DNA of 64,000 nt from Meyerozyma guilliermondii (Eukaryota): the NCBI GenBank assembly GCA_051546255.1, contig CP128816.1, positions 1,860,001 through 1,924,000 on the forward strand, in the 5' to 3' direction. How positions within the stretch are numbered: the stretch's first letter is position 1; each line of letters begins with the position of its first letter. Positions 20,672 through 31,888 of the stretch are shown here, piece after piece. The translations under genes were made by a program, and so were the position numbers. The notes under the pieces are model-generated. The model was not told the origin of the DNA, made no database searches, and worked only from the letters and a program-made list of their open reading frames with translations.

Positions 20672-23600
20672 TTAAGTAGTTTTGTCTACCTCTGCTTGTA
20701 TGACTGACGTTAGTTTAAGCTCTTTGAACTCGTCTAATTTTTGCTTGATTGTATTGGTTTCTTGACTCTCAAGAACCTGACTGATTGCTTCTCTGACTTC
20801 CTTTGTGCACCTGAGAGACTGTACTTGTACGGCCTCTATTTCACCCTCTAATAGACAAACAGAGCTGATGACTTTCCAGGTCAGCAAGAGCATCCTTGCT
20901 TGTTCAACATTTAGTTCGCATGAAGAAGACCGTATTGACAGTAAACATGAAGTTATCCATTCATTACAATTTCTCTTCGATCTCCAGGTAGGAGAGAGTA
21001 CCTCAGTAGTGAACAACTTTGTGACTGATTGTAGTGCTAGCTGAAACAAGTCATGGTTGACTCTTTCCGGGTTGATTGACTCAAAGATATTTTCAATAAA
21101 CAGTAATTTCTCTTCCTCTATCTTGATATTTTGACGGCTGTTAAATTTGTTACCATCATCCATCTCAACATCACTGTCTGAGTCGTCAGCTTCTGGCCAT
21201 AAGATAGAGTTCATGACATCCACGTAAGTCTCCACCACGTCATCTTCAATAAACTGATGTAAAAAGTGGCCCGTCAGCTTTATTGCCTTCCTTTGGTATT
21301 CCTTGTTTCTTCTTTTCGATTCAGTGATGACAATTTTGCTGAGAGCAGCAAACTGCATTTCATCTTCTTGCAAAATATGGTGCAATCGAACAGATGTCGA
21401 TACGAGCGCATCGAAAACTACATCTTTTCCTGTCCATGACTTCCCTCTGCATGCCTCCATCAATATGGTTAGTAGGTGGTTACTCGAATTGGGGCTTACT
21501 GTTGAGTTTTCGCCAACAACTTCGCATAGTTCAACCATTGATTGGGCCACAATTCTTCGAATTGTGTATGAATTCGAACCAATTTGAGCTTCGGCTAATT
21601 GTAAGATTTCGTCAAAGTACAATTTCATAGCACTATTACCACTCGTGTGTTCGATCCATTCCCTGTCAAACGGCTTTGATGCTTTTGAGACTACATCATG
21701 TTTTCCGATGAAGCAAAGTGGAAGAAACGCACCACTGACAAGATCAAATTTGTCGGCAGAATACTTTGATACGGCTTCACTTGCAAGAGCCACTATTTGT
21801 CTCCTTTTCTCATCCTCTGAATCGAAATACAACTTGCTGATCTTACTTCCAAACTTGACTATTTCATCAACGCTGGAAATTCGACATAAATAGCCGGCGG
21901 CAGCAGCATATGATGAAGAGATGGTTTCGTTCCTGTCGTAGATCTGACTAATAGCACACTGTAGAAGTTTATCGCCAAAAGGTTTGGTTAGTTCAATATG
22001 TCTTTGGACTAGCGTTACGAGAACTCGACTACCGCAGACCTTGGATGGTAATCCCACTGATTTCTTGATAGTTTGTGCCAACACGTCGACTACTTTGGGC
22101 ATGAGCTCTTCGTCCAAAGTTCCAAGCAATTGCTCAATAGCATCCATTAGAGGCGACCTTCCTAAGCTCTGTAGTCTTTGCGCATCAATATCATTGCTGT
22201 TGAGATTGTACTTGTCTGCATTAAGTACAAGATAGTTGACAACGTCTGGCTCCATTGTTGACATCATGGAGATGAAGTTTTCTAAAAGGGTAGGTACAAA
22301 CGTTTTGATTCTGGGGCCAGCCACTTTACAGACTTTGAGAATTGTGTCCAATGAAAAGGTTCTGACGTCTTCGGCGTCGCTTAAAAGTCCCTGGTTTCCA
22401 ATCAAAAACGGTATCAAATCACCAAGGACCTTCGTTGCTCTTGAATCTGAAGAGCCTGTTGATACGTCTGCTGCTCTGGTCAAGTTCGTTGCTAAACTTC
22501 GCGTGAGTTTGGTGCCCGCTTTTCTGACACTGTCTTTGATATCATCAATTGCTCTGAAACTCATGGACCAAATTTCTTCCATTCGATCTTCATATTCATC
22601 TAGTGACGTAGTCTGTAATAGATCGGTTAGAGCAGTAACACTTCCTTGTCTCACTCGCCATTCTTTGTTTCCAATTTCCTTTAAAAGCTCATTTAAAATA
22701 AGGTCAAAGTTGTCCTTAATCGTCTTGCTGGGGTCTTCTATAAGTGAATTCCAAATATCGTTCATCGATTGTGAGACGGAAGTACTGGGATCATATCTGT
22801 ATCGGTAGAGTCGTGGAATGAGCTTTTTTGCCATTTCTCTGTTGTCAGAAAGAAGTTCGTTCAAACTGGTCTTTGACAATACTGATCCCAAGCCAAACGC
22901 CATGCCCTTTCTTGAGGACCAAAGTGCAGACGACTTTGCTAACGACATAAACTTGTAAACAAGACTAGGGTCTCCAACGTCAGATGCAAGACTGAGCACA
23001 TCTTTGTAGGTAGACACTGAGCCATCGTCTGTCTTGAGAACATCAGGAGCAAATAATTCTGTTTCCAAGTCTACTGTTCCAGCCGTCAAACTTCCAGTAG
23101 TGTTTGAATCTGTGAAAGACCGTAAAAGACCACGGACCAAGGTATCTTTAAGTTCATGGTCACCTAGTTCATATACCATGCTTAATCCTCTCGATGCCAG
23201 CTCCTGTACAAGATCGTCACGGTCGACTAAGAACTTCATGAAAGTGACATGGATCTCAGCAGCACGAGCTCTAACAGCTTCTAACTTCTTGCAATACTGA
23301 ACAAGCGATAAAAGCCAAATACAGCACGCTTTACGAAGCGATGGCTTAGTAGACTTGGACGATTCTAGAATGAAGTCTATGATCGTGGGAAGCCTTGAGT
23401 CTGTTGTCTCAATAAATTTCAATTCCTCTCCCTGAATATCAAATTGTTGTTGTAAGATTATGGAGTTCCAGCCGGCTCCAAGTATCAGAAAAGCCTCGCC
23501 TGATGTGAACAAGACATCAATCAGCTTTGAAGCATGTGTGTCAAAAACAATGCTTTCGATATCAGTGAGACTGGTTTCGGTGCTCTCGTGCAATTGCGGA

Positions 23601-26053
23601 ACTGCAATCCCAAGTTTGGCAAGTGCAGATATAGATCTTTCGTCACCTTTTTTCACTTTCAAGCGAAGTATTTCCAAAATCTTTTTTGCTTTCGTCGTCA
23701 AATCCAGCACAAGTTCCAAGGTTGGATCAAACGCTCCAAAAATTGCTAACTGGCTGATGCACTGAATTGAGGTGTAGTAAGTATTTTCACTATCAAGCAA
23801 ACCGACCAATTGGTCCATGTAGGAATTCACGATCCCTGTCTTGATTATTTCGACTCTATCACGTAACACAAGCCTTGAGATAATAAACGATATTGCAAGT
23901 AGACTAATTTTTGTGCTCACTCCCGAAGTGTTGTGGAACTTATTCAATGTTTCAGCCACCCATGAGTCGGAAACAGCGCTATGAGTTCCCACAATTCCTA
24001 GAACCTGACAAAGTTGTACTGTCAGCGTCTCAGTTAGCGTCTTCAGATGGAGCGTGTCAAAATATTTGGGCAACGATTCCACGAGACCTTCCACGATCTT
24101 TGAAGGTGATAAAGAAAGGAGGTGGAGGAAGCTAAACCCGTAAATTTCGCTTCTAGGATACGTTTCACTGAACTGTCCAATGAAAACTTGCGAGATAATA
24201 TTCATAAGTAAAGAAAGAGTGTTCGAATCTTCCGACAAGATCAACATTTGTGAACGAACCAACTCTCTGACTTGTTCGTCTGTCTCGATTGCTTTGTCTA
24301 CTCTAGAAGACCATTCTTCGTCCACCACTACCACCGTGCTTTTGTCTTTGACAGACTTCATTATTAAGGTCCTGACTGCAAACTGAATTGCTTTGTCCAT
24401 TGCATTCTGTAAGGCAGGTGTGTTTCCCTCTTTCTCTATAATTTTGACGATTGAGTCAAATGATGGAAATGTGGATAGAGTCCTCTTTCCCAACAATTCA
24501 TGAGATGATACGAAGTGTGGCGAAGTTGCCGAGTGAGCCAAATTGAACCAGTAAGGATGTAAACCCTTGAGAGCCTCTTCAATAGTGTCCAGCCTATTCT
24601 CTGAAGACGTACCCATAATGCAGTAGAGCCTTGCTTCAGGATCATCGAAAGGGAAAACGGCAATTAAGAACTTGATAAGAATATAACGACACGAATGTGC
24701 AATTTCTGGAGAATCGGCGAAGTATTTTCTAGCCATCATTTTTAGTTTGTCCCTAGCCTGCTGATTGATTTTTGTTAGTTCGCCTGTTAAACTCGATAAG
24801 CTGTCTTGAATCGTTGGCCGAACGTCGGCATCCTCTCCCTGTAATGAGTCGAGAAGAAATTCAACGTTTTCCAATTCATCTCCAAATAGTTTCGAATCAG
24901 AATAAATAATGTTTCCAAAAGTCTCATACTCCAAAGAGCGCTGCGCTAAGGATGATGAATAATTCTTCACGCCTGAAACTTCCATTTTCGGCCAGCCAAA
25001 ACCCATTATATCGCTCTTGATTTGTTCTAGTACATCAACCCCCAATTTTTGTGAGCCATCTTTCGACGATTTTGATACCCACTGAATGAACTTTACGGTA
25101 GTAACTTTGAGCTTCGAATTGCTCGAGGTAAGTCCTAAGTCGGCTATTTTCGTGATGAAAGGAAAGTCGATGGATTTGACACTTTTCAAAAGTACAGAAA
25201 GAATTCGTTCTTGAAGTACCGAATTCACTGGGGGAGCTTCTGATCCAACAAACATCGTTAGTATTCGATTGATGATGTTCTCATCGATGTTCAACTTGAG
25301 CCGCCTGAATAGAGTCTCTGCTGGTTCGTTTACAGCTGAAGATGGATCTGCAGAGGCAACCAAGTAGGGAATGTACAACATTTCGTCATCGAATCCGTGC
25401 TTTAAAAATTCAAGAAGACGTAATTTAATCTGGTGAATTTCCTGAGCCGAATTGAGCTGGATGCCGGCATCTTGGTTAAAGAAAGAGATGTCCTTGACGG
25501 TAAGACCAGGCGAAGCTGAAATGGCTCCACTCGTACTCGGTAAAAGCATGAAAAACTTTAATATGGTCTCTGCCAAAAATTGAGCATCTGGCTCTTTTAT
25601 ACTCAAGTCTTGAGGGATCTGAGGTACAATGAGGAGTTTGCAGAGAATACTGAAAAGCCTTGCCTTTACTGGATCTGAATGATGACTGATACCTTCTATC
25701 ACCTTGGGAATGAGGTCGGTTTTCTCTGAATCGTTGAGTCTTTCGATTCCTCTAACGACGAACAATAAGGAATAAAGTCTCACAGACAGAGGATCTGCAC
25801 CTTCCGTAACTTTGGGTGTCTTTGCCTGGTCCAAAAGAGCATTTACTGGGAGTTTTATGGCTCTAGCTGCTGTAATTCTGGGAATAATATGTTGAATAAT
25901 TTTCAAAACTGCCTTTCTAACGTCAGCATTGGCACTGCTCAACTTAAGTATTACCGGAGCTAAGTACAATCTTAATGCATTTTCAAGCTGGGAGTCGTCG
26001 TTTGCAAGTGCAATTCTTAATTCCACTTTTTCTAATAGCGCCAATTCCGACAT
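20672..26053 (-). CDS. ECM29: Proteasome adaptor Ecm29 (HEAT repeats)
   Basis: ELALLEKVELRIALA..YLAPVILKL, STYKDVLSLASDVGDPSLVYKFMSLA, LIPRLYRYRYDP. Confidence 0.95.
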   Translation of the reverse strand: MSELALLEKVELRIALANDDSQLENALRLYLAPVILKLSSANADVRKAVLKIIQHIIPRITAARAIKLPVNALLDQAKTPKVTEGADPLSVRLYSLLFVVRGIERLNDSEKTDLIPKVIEGISHHSDPVKARLFSILCKLLIVPQIPQDLSIKEPDAQFLAETILKFFMLLPSTSGAISASPGLTVKDISFFNQDAGIQLNSAQEIHQIKLRLLEFLKHGFDDEMLYIPYLVASADPSSAVNEPAETLFRRLKLNIDENIINRILTMFVGSEAPPVNSVLQERILSVLLKSVKSIDFPFITKIADLGLTSSNSKLKVTTVKFIQWVSKSSKDGSQKLGVDVLEQIKSDIMGFGWPKMEVSGVKNYSSSLAQRSLEYETFGNIIYSDSKLFGDELENVEFLLDSLQGEDADVRPTIQDSLSSLTGELTKINQQARDKLKMMARKYFADSPEIAHSCRYILIKFLIAVFPFDDPEARLYCIMGTSSENRLDTIEEALKGLHPYWFNLAHSATSPHFVSSHELLGKRTLSTFPSFDSIVKIIEKEGNTPALQNAMDKAIQFAVRTLIMKSVKDKSTVVVVDEEWSSRVDKAIETDEQVRELVRSQMLILSEDSNTLSLLMNIISQVFIGQFSETYPRSEIYGFSFLHLLSLSPSKIVEGLVESLPKYFDTLHLKTLTETLTVQLCQVLGIVGTHSAVSDSWVAETLNKFHNTSGVSTKISLLAISFIISRLVLRDRVEIIKTGIVNSYMDQLVGLLDSENTYYTSIQCISQLAIFGAFDPTLELVLDLTTKAKKILEILRLKVKKGDERSISALAKLGIAVPQLHESTETSLTDIESIVFDTHASKLIDVLFTSGEAFLILGAGWNSIILQQQFDIQGEELKFIETTDSRLPTIIDFILESSKSTKPSLRKACCIWLLSLVQYCKKLEAVRARAAEIHVTFMKFLVDRDDLVQELASRGLSMVYELGDHELKDTLVRGLLRSFTDSNTTGSLTAGTVDLETELFAPDVLKTDDGSVSTYKDVLSLASDVGDPSLVYKFMSLAKSSALWSSRKGMAFGLGSVLSKTSLNELLSDNREMAKKLIPRLYRYRYDPSTSVSQSMNDIWNSLIEDPSKTIKDNFDLILNELLKEIGNKEWRVRQGSVTALTDLLQTTSLDEYEDRMEEIWSMSFRAIDDIKDSVRKAGTKLTRSLATNLTRAADVSTGSSDSRATKVLGDLIPFLIGNQGLLSDAEDVRTFSLDTILKVCKVAGPRIKTFVPTLLENFISMMSTMEPDVVNYLVLNADKYNLNSNDIDAQRLQSLGRSPLMDAIEQLLGTLDEELMPKVVDVLAQTIKKSVGLPSKVCGSRVLVTLVQRHIELTKPFGDKLLQCAISQIYDRNETISSSYAAAAGYLCRISSVDEIVKFGSKISKLYFDSEDEKRRQIVALASEAVSKYSADKFDLVSGAFLPLCFIGKHDVVSKASKPFDREWIEHTSGNSAMKLYFDEILQLAEAQIGSNSYTIRRIVAQSMVELCEVVGENSTVSPNSSNHLLTILMEACRGKSWTGKDVVFDALVSTSVRLHHILQEDEMQFAALSKIVITESKRRNKEYQRKAIKLTGHFLHQFIEDDVVETYVDVMNSILWPEADDSDSDVEMDDGNKFNSRQNIKIEEEKLLFIENIFESINPERVNHDLFQLALQSVTKLFTTEVLSPTWRSKRNCNEWITSCLLSIRSSSCELNVEQARMLLLTWKVISSVCLLEGEIEAVQVQSLRCTKEVREAISQVLESQETNTIKQKLDEFKELKLTSVIQAEVDKTT

Positions 26054-26171
26054 TGGTGGCGACGTTTATCTTGAGAGTGGCGGCTGCAACAGATATAACC
26101 TAGGAAGTACATCAATGCACCCACATTACCATGCTATACGTTTGATTGTATAATGATCACCAATAATTAGT

Positions 26172-27710
26172 CTATGTATTCTTGTACTCCCGCAAAATAA
26201 CTGGCACGGAAGATGGAGGCAAAGCACCAAGTTCAGTCACAACCTTCTTGATATACTCTGGAGGAGTGAGATCATACATAATGTTGAGTATGTCCAAATG
26301 TTCCATCTTCTCCCAGTTGGACAACGGGTCGGCGTCGGTCAAATCGGAATCATTTTCTTTCTTGTCGCTCTTTTGGTTACCTTTACCCTTCTTCTTCTCT
26401 TTTTCTTCGGCGGCGATCGCATCTTGCTGTTTGATGAATTGTTCCAATGCAAACGACTTTTTGAGCGGAGGCTTCTTAGCATCACCGTGCATTAAGTCTT
26501 GACGGTCTGCTAGCTCATTTGTTGTTACTGAGTCTAGCTGAACTTTGTCAGAAAATTTGATAGACTCGCAACAGGTCAAAACAGGAATATTTCTGGAATG
26601 GCTCATCATAGCGATCAATCCCAGACCAACTCTAGAGTAAAGTCTTCCGTTGGAAAGCATAGCATGTGCACCCAAAAACACACAGTCGACATCTTCAAGC
26701 ACCATCGAGGAAAGTGAGTTGATGAGTACGTATTGAATCTTGATATGGGTCTTGGTTATGGGAAGACTTTGGTCTTCTTTAGCATGGCACTCAATTAAGC
26801 GTGAAACCAATTTCTTACCCTCAAAGAGAGGTCGAGAGTCGACCACCACTAACTTAAAGTTCTTGTTCTCCTCTATAGCGCAATACTTGAACAACTCTTC
26901 TAATACATGAGAATGTCCGAAAGTGAGGATAGTGCTACCATTCGTGATATGTTTAGCAGCATTTTGAACAATGAGTTTGTCACTAAAATCGATCTTGTCT
27001 CTGATAAATTCGTCAATGCGATCACAAAGTTGAACTTTGGCTTGGTCTTCGGTGGTGTCGATTGATATATGTGAGATCTCCTGCTTCAACCACCTGATGG
27101 CATTACCCATGGAAATCGACAATGGACGAGCGGTTTTGAGATACTCGATCTGGTGTGAGAGATGTCCCGTCAAGTGTCGTGTCAACGTAGTATTTTCGGG
27201 AGTTTGATAGTCTGTTATCACAGTTTTGAAAACCTCCATCATCCGACGTAAACGCAAGGTCAGACCTACAATTCTGTAAGTTGAATACTTGAGAGTGAGC
27301 GCCAAAATAGCCGGATGCACAATATGAGAAATAGCGGGAGAAGAAGCATTTCGCTGCTCTCGAGTCTCTAAATGGCTGAAAAGTGCCGGTATTTTCTGCT
27401 TCCCCGAGTTACGTATCACCGTTTGATCCAATTGTTTCTTTATGTTTGTGGTGGTGGCAGTCTGCTGTTTCTTCTTGTCCATCTTCTGCTGTGCTAGTTG
27501 TTGTTGTTGCTCTGGAGTTATGCCAATGGCCGCTTTCTGAGCTGCCCTTTTCGCTGCCTTCTCTCGTTTCTTCATCTCTTTGAGTTCCTTGTTTGAAGGT
27601 GCCTTGGGCTCTGACGACTTCTCTGGTGCCGCCTTAGGTGCCGCCGCACCACCGTCATTTCCAGGCTTGGGTTCGTTAACTACGGGTTGAGCGTTAGTTT
27701 CCTCTACCAT
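26172..27710 (-). CDS. GCD2: eIF2B delta subunit
   Basis: LFSHLETREQR, ARPLSISMGNAIRWLK, YDLTPPEYIKKVVTELGALPPSSVPVILRE. Confidence 0.95.
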   Translation of the reverse strand: MVEETNAQPVVNEPKPGNDGGAAAPKAAPEKSSEPKAPSNKELKEMKKREKAAKRAAQKAAIGITPEQQQQLAQQKMDKKKQQTATTTNIKKQLDQTVIRNSGKQKIPALFSHLETREQRNASSPAISHIVHPAILALTLKYSTYRIVGLTLRLRRMMEVFKTVITDYQTPENTTLTRHLTGHLSHQIEYLKTARPLSISMGNAIRWLKQEISHISIDTTEDQAKVQLCDRIDEFIRDKIDFSDKLIVQNAAKHITNGSTILTFGHSHVLEELFKYCAIEENKNFKLVVVDSRPLFEGKKLVSRLIECHAKEDQSLPITKTHIKIQYVLINSLSSMVLEDVDCVFLGAHAMLSNGRLYSRVGLGLIAMMSHSRNIPVLTCCESIKFSDKVQLDSVTTNELADRQDLMHGDAKKPPLKKSFALEQFIKQQDAIAAEEKEKKKGKGNQKSDKKENDSDLTDADPLSNWEKMEHLDILNIMYDLTPPEYIKKVVTELGALPPSSVPVILREYKNT

Positions 27711-27786
27711 GCTTGATTCATTCTACGAGATGAGAGCTTAAAATATGCAGTCGTGTAATGCTCATAAATCGAGTGACGAATTTTTT

Positions 27787-30700
27787 CTATGTAGCCTCCT
27801 GTAGTTCTCCAAACGCTCCTCTCTTCTTTGTAGTGTCATACAATCGTAAGATCTTCTCTTGGTCTTGGTTTTCAGCTTGCGAGAAGGCAAACCCTCTTTG
27901 TTTCTTGATTCTTTGCACTTGACGCACCTTGCGGATCGCCTTCTGAAATTGCTCCATTCTGGGCCGGTAGTCTTGAATATTGTACTTTTGAATCTCTTGA
28001 ACAAAGTGGTAACTTTCAGGACTATGCATCCGTTTAAAGTACTTCCAAGCAAAGTCCCTGAGCAAAGCAAGAATTGCCACACCAAATACCATCGCCCAAA
28101 AATCTATACTTGGATATGTAGCCTTAAGAACACCACGATATTCTTGAGAAACATTGATGGCAGGTGCCACTATCGAGTACACTGGGAGCCAGGCAAGCCA
28201 AAGTAAAAATGATCCAGGGATAGCAATAAGAGTGAATTTGGTCCACAAAGTAACCACTAAACCTGCTTTACCTAAAGCGGTTAATGAACATGTTGTGTAC
28301 ACAGTGGTACCCCATGCCCAATTGTTCACCACTTGACCCCCTGGTAACAGATCTCCATGTTTGAAAATGAAGAATGAGCAAAGGAAGATGAGCGCTGAGT
28401 GGTAAAATCCATTCACGATCCAACTCCAAAAGATTTTAAAATTGAAAAAATGCTTCTGCTGTCCGAGCTTGTATAACTGGGGGTACCTGTCAAGAAGTCT
28501 AGCGCTCACAAATTGGTCAAACACACCAATGACAAAGGGTGGAAACACCGTGAACAAGACATTATAAAAAGTCAATGTCCATGACTCGATGATCGATTGA
28601 CCCGAGAAAGCATTTGCAAACACGAACCAGAACTGAGTCATGTACAAGGCAATGTTCTTGTAGAAGGAATATAAGATGGCAGTTGAAATCCGCTGATACG
28701 ACCATGATCCATGAACCAAGAGGAGCTTTCGCAAGAACTTGAACTGACCAATGGAGACATCTGCACTCCGTGCAGCTTGCATACCTTCCATACCACTGAT
28801 TCCAACTCCTACATGGGCTGCTTGAATCATGGACACATCATTTGCACCATCACCAATGGCCAAGAGAAGTGAGCCTTTCTTTTTGCGTTTCACCATCTTC
28901 ACCACCAACGCTTTCTGCAACGGCGACACTCTGCAACAAATCACTGCTTTACATCTGCTTCCTAGTTGAATGAACAAGTCTTCAAGGTCGGGTTCCAAGG
29001 CGTAGGTCAACGATTGGCCATCAATAATAAGAGCAAGAGATGAGTCCAAAGATCCATCCTCTGCATCATGCTGGTGCTCTTGAATTGCAGCAATCTTCTC
29101 TTGTAAGTTTAACCTCGTGTCACGTTTAGTCACTTCATTAATGATCAAGAGGTTCATGTCTTCACTCAAAAGTTTGCAAGACATTCCAATATTGATCGCA
29201 GTTTCTTGTCGATCACCTGTAAGCACCCAAATCTTGATTCCAGCAGTCTGTAAAGTTTGAATGGTTTCAGGTACGCCTTCCTGAAGTTTGTCTTCTATGG
29301 CGGTGGCCCCCAACAAAAACAAATCTTTCTCTATCTTTTCTGCGACCTCGTCAAGGCGTTCACTTCTATCCGTCATCGCAGTGGATGCTTCGTAGTATTC
29401 TGAAGCCCATGCCTTGTACTCCTGGTCAGGGACAATCCGAGTTGCGATACACAAAGTTCTTAAACCTTCAGCAGCAAAGTCTTCAAGGTGACGGAGTGTG
29501 GCATCCACGAACGGCTGTTCTTCCAGCTGGGATAATCTTTCCAAAATCACGTTATCGGCTCCTTTACAGAAAAGTCGAATTCTGCCATCAGGGCACCTAA
29601 ATATTCCCGACATTCTCTTTCTCGTTGAGTTGAACTCACACAAGTTTAAAAGTTCGTATTCTGAGGTTGTATTTGACAAGGTGTTTTGAACAGTGACACC
29701 TTTTGGACGACGAATAACGAATTTGTAGCCTAGATCAGCAGCACCTTGAACAAGAGCACCTTCATCGGGAGATGCAGCCTGGTACTTGATTTCGTTATTG
29801 TCAGTTATCTCTGGTATGACAGTATGACATGTACTCAATAATGTAAAGAATTCATTGATGATTGCTGAGTCTCGCAGGGAGAGATCGCTGAGCCTGTCGT
29901 GCATTTCATCGAAAGTGTGGTAGCCGATTTCAATGCCATCAATTACTTGAGCCTGTCCATCCTCAGGGATTTCTTCAATATAACATCTTCCTCCAATAGT
30001 ACATGCTTTGAACTCCATAACATTTCTTGTTAAAGTTCCAGTCTTGTCGCTGAAAATGTAATCGATTTGACCCAACTCCTCGACCAAGGAAGATGTCCGA
30101 ACACCCGTTGGAGTGTCTGTATCAGGATAATACATATCGAGATCACTGCCAATCATAAATGCTTGATAATATTTGATAATCTCCACGGTGACAAACAATG
30201 AGATTGGCACCAAGTTTGAGAATAAAATCCAGTATGTGAGAATATCTTGAAAGAACAATGTTACTAGCTTAGTACCTTCCAACTCCACGTACCACATAGT
30301 GTTTCTGTCGACCCTGGATTTAATCACGTTACCTATCGATGAGATCAAAGCAAGAACAATTAAAATGCAAAAGAGTGCAACAATTTGTAAATTGATGATA
30401 CGTTCGACGTCTGTACGCTTAATTGGAGTAGCGGTTGCGTTTCTCATCAACTTGGTTTCATGTCCGGTGAACACAACTACTCCATGAATCCACTGGGTGT
30501 TTCGAAGTGTCGCACCTCTTAACAATAGCTGCTCTGGAGAAAGTGGGATGTTTGGAGAGGAACCAAAGTTCTTGAGAACACCGTCATACGTGTATAAGGA
30601 TGAGTTAGGTTGTTCAGAGGAAATTTCGGATCGGGATAAGTCGTTGACTATGTCACGAGGATCGACAAGATAAAGGGTTTCTGGGCGACCTTGTTTTATC

Positions 30701-31650
30701 TTTAAATTAGTTTCTCCATCCAAATTTGCTGTTTCGATGTAGCACAACCCCTCTGGTTCAGAGGAGGAAAGGAGAAGCAAATCAGCGGGAAAGGGTTCTT
30801 CATTCAACACCTTGACAACATCTCCAACTTGAACGTCGATCCACTTTTTGAGAACAAACTGGCTTGTCTCAGTATTGAGGACTAGTACGCGGGTATTATT
30901 CAACTCACGATCAGCACTTGCACGCTTAAGGTCCTCGGAAATTTCTTTGATCGCCGAGACTAAAAGCACAACTGTCAATGTACCTATGGTCGTGTATCTA
31001 TTGGTTGGTGAAACGTTGGGAACCTGTTGTATAATGGAAGTGAACAAGAAGAACAAGTTGGCGTACTTGCTAAACTGTTCAAATAGAAACTTTGGGAGAA
31101 ACGTTGCAAAGTTGTACTTTGTGGTGGAGATATAATTACCATAGTATTTGAACTGGGCATTAGCAGAATGGTTTAATGCATAGATTTGACGAGGTGAAGA
31201 GTCGGTTGGTATGGTTTCAACACCAGGGGTACCGGTCACCTTCAGTTTGATACGACCAAATATTCTTCGAATATCGAAATCACGCTGGCGCTCAGGATCT
31301 GCAAATGGATCGTCGTTTGTATCATGTTGCATTCCCGTGTATGCCGCGCCATTGTTGCGGTTTCCAAATAAGTTTCCTCCATTGAAGAGGCCCGTTGGTC
31401 TCTCTGGGTTATTAGTTGTACTCAAAAGAGGCACTTGTCGTCTCCCAAATGAGTCGTCATGATGGCTTACGGTTGCATCGTCTTCATCGTCCGATATTAT
31501 GAAATCGTCATTAAACGGATTGTTCTGGTTGTGCTCGTGTCTGGTATCAAAGAGCAGTTCAGGAGAGTCGTCGTACGGATTTTGATGGGCCACCCTTGGG
31601 GTAGATGGGTCCAAATCAATTAGATTTCCTTCGGACTTAAATGGGTCCAT
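27787..31650 (-). CDS. DRS2: P4-ATPase phospholipid flippase
   Basis: QQVP, DGETN, DKTGTLT, GDGAND motifs and the C-terminal GFAFS autoinhibitory motif. Confidence 0.97.
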   Translation of the reverse strand: MDPFKSEGNLIDLDPSTPRVAHQNPYDDSPELLFDTRHEHNQNNPFNDDFIISDDEDDATVSHHDDSFGRRQVPLLSTTNNPERPTGLFNGGNLFGNRNNGAAYTGMQHDTNDDPFADPERQRDFDIRRIFGRIKLKVTGTPGVETIPTDSSPRQIYALNHSANAQFKYYGNYISTTKYNFATFLPKFLFEQFSKYANLFFLFTSIIQQVPNVSPTNRYTTIGTLTVVLLVSAIKEISEDLKRASADRELNNTRVLVLNTETSQFVLKKWIDVQVGDVVKVLNEEPFPADLLLLSSSEPEGLCYIETANLDGETNLKIKQGRPETLYLVDPRDIVNDLSRSEISSEQPNSSLYTYDGVLKNFGSSPNIPLSPEQLLLRGATLRNTQWIHGVVVFTGHETKLMRNATATPIKRTDVERIINLQIVALFCILIVLALISSIGNVIKSRVDRNTMWYVELEGTKLVTLFFQDILTYWILFSNLVPISLFVTVEIIKYYQAFMIGSDLDMYYPDTDTPTGVRTSSLVEELGQIDYIFSDKTGTLTRNVMEFKACTIGGRCYIEEIPEDGQAQVIDGIEIGYHTFDEMHDRLSDLSLRDSAIINEFFTLLSTCHTVIPEITDNNEIKYQAASPDEGALVQGAADLGYKFVIRRPKGVTVQNTLSNTTSEYELLNLCEFNSTRKRMSGIFRCPDGRIRLFCKGADNVILERLSQLEEQPFVDATLRHLEDFAAEGLRTLCIATRIVPDQEYKAWASEYYEASTAMTDRSERLDEVAEKIEKDLFLLGATAIEDKLQEGVPETIQTLQTAGIKIWVLTGDRQETAINIGMSCKLLSEDMNLLIINEVTKRDTRLNLQEKIAAIQEHQHDAEDGSLDSSLALIIDGQSLTYALEPDLEDLFIQLGSRCKAVICCRVSPLQKALVVKMVKRKKKGSLLLAIGDGANDVSMIQAAHVGVGISGMEGMQAARSADVSIGQFKFLRKLLLVHGSWSYQRISTAILYSFYKNIALYMTQFWFVFANAFSGQSIIESWTLTFYNVLFTVFPPFVIGVFDQFVSARLLDRYPQLYKLGQQKHFFNFKIFWSWIVNGFYHSALIFLCSFFIFKHGDLLPGGQVVNNWAWGTTVYTTCSLTALGKAGLVVTLWTKFTLIAIPGSFLLWLAWLPVYSIVAPAINVSQEYRGVLKATYPSIDFWAMVFGVAILALLRDFAWKYFKRMHSPESYHFVQEIQKYNIQDYRPRMEQFQKAIRKVRQVQRIKKQRGFAFSQAENQDQEKILRLYDTTKKRGAFGELQEAT

Positions 31651-31869
31651 TGTTTAAACCTGTGGTCTTCTGAGGCAGCTCAACGTGATCACACCCGCGG
31701 AAACTCCTCGAATTGGGTACAGGTGATATAAACCAAGAATGCCGCTGACTACGTGTTTTGAATGGAACGATCTGGTGGAATGGAGGCATTCGCGATGTGT
31801 GCTGCTGGTGCACTGATGCAGATTCGAGGCAGGTGCAGGCTCGCGAGTGATTGCATCGAAAGTGGAAGC

Positions 31870-31876
31870 TGAGTCA
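31870..31876. promoter_or_regulatory. Gcn4/AP-1 consensus site upstream of PRO2
   Basis: TGAGTCA, 12 bp before the ATG. Confidence 0.45.
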
Positions 31877-31888
31877 CAACCAAGAAAT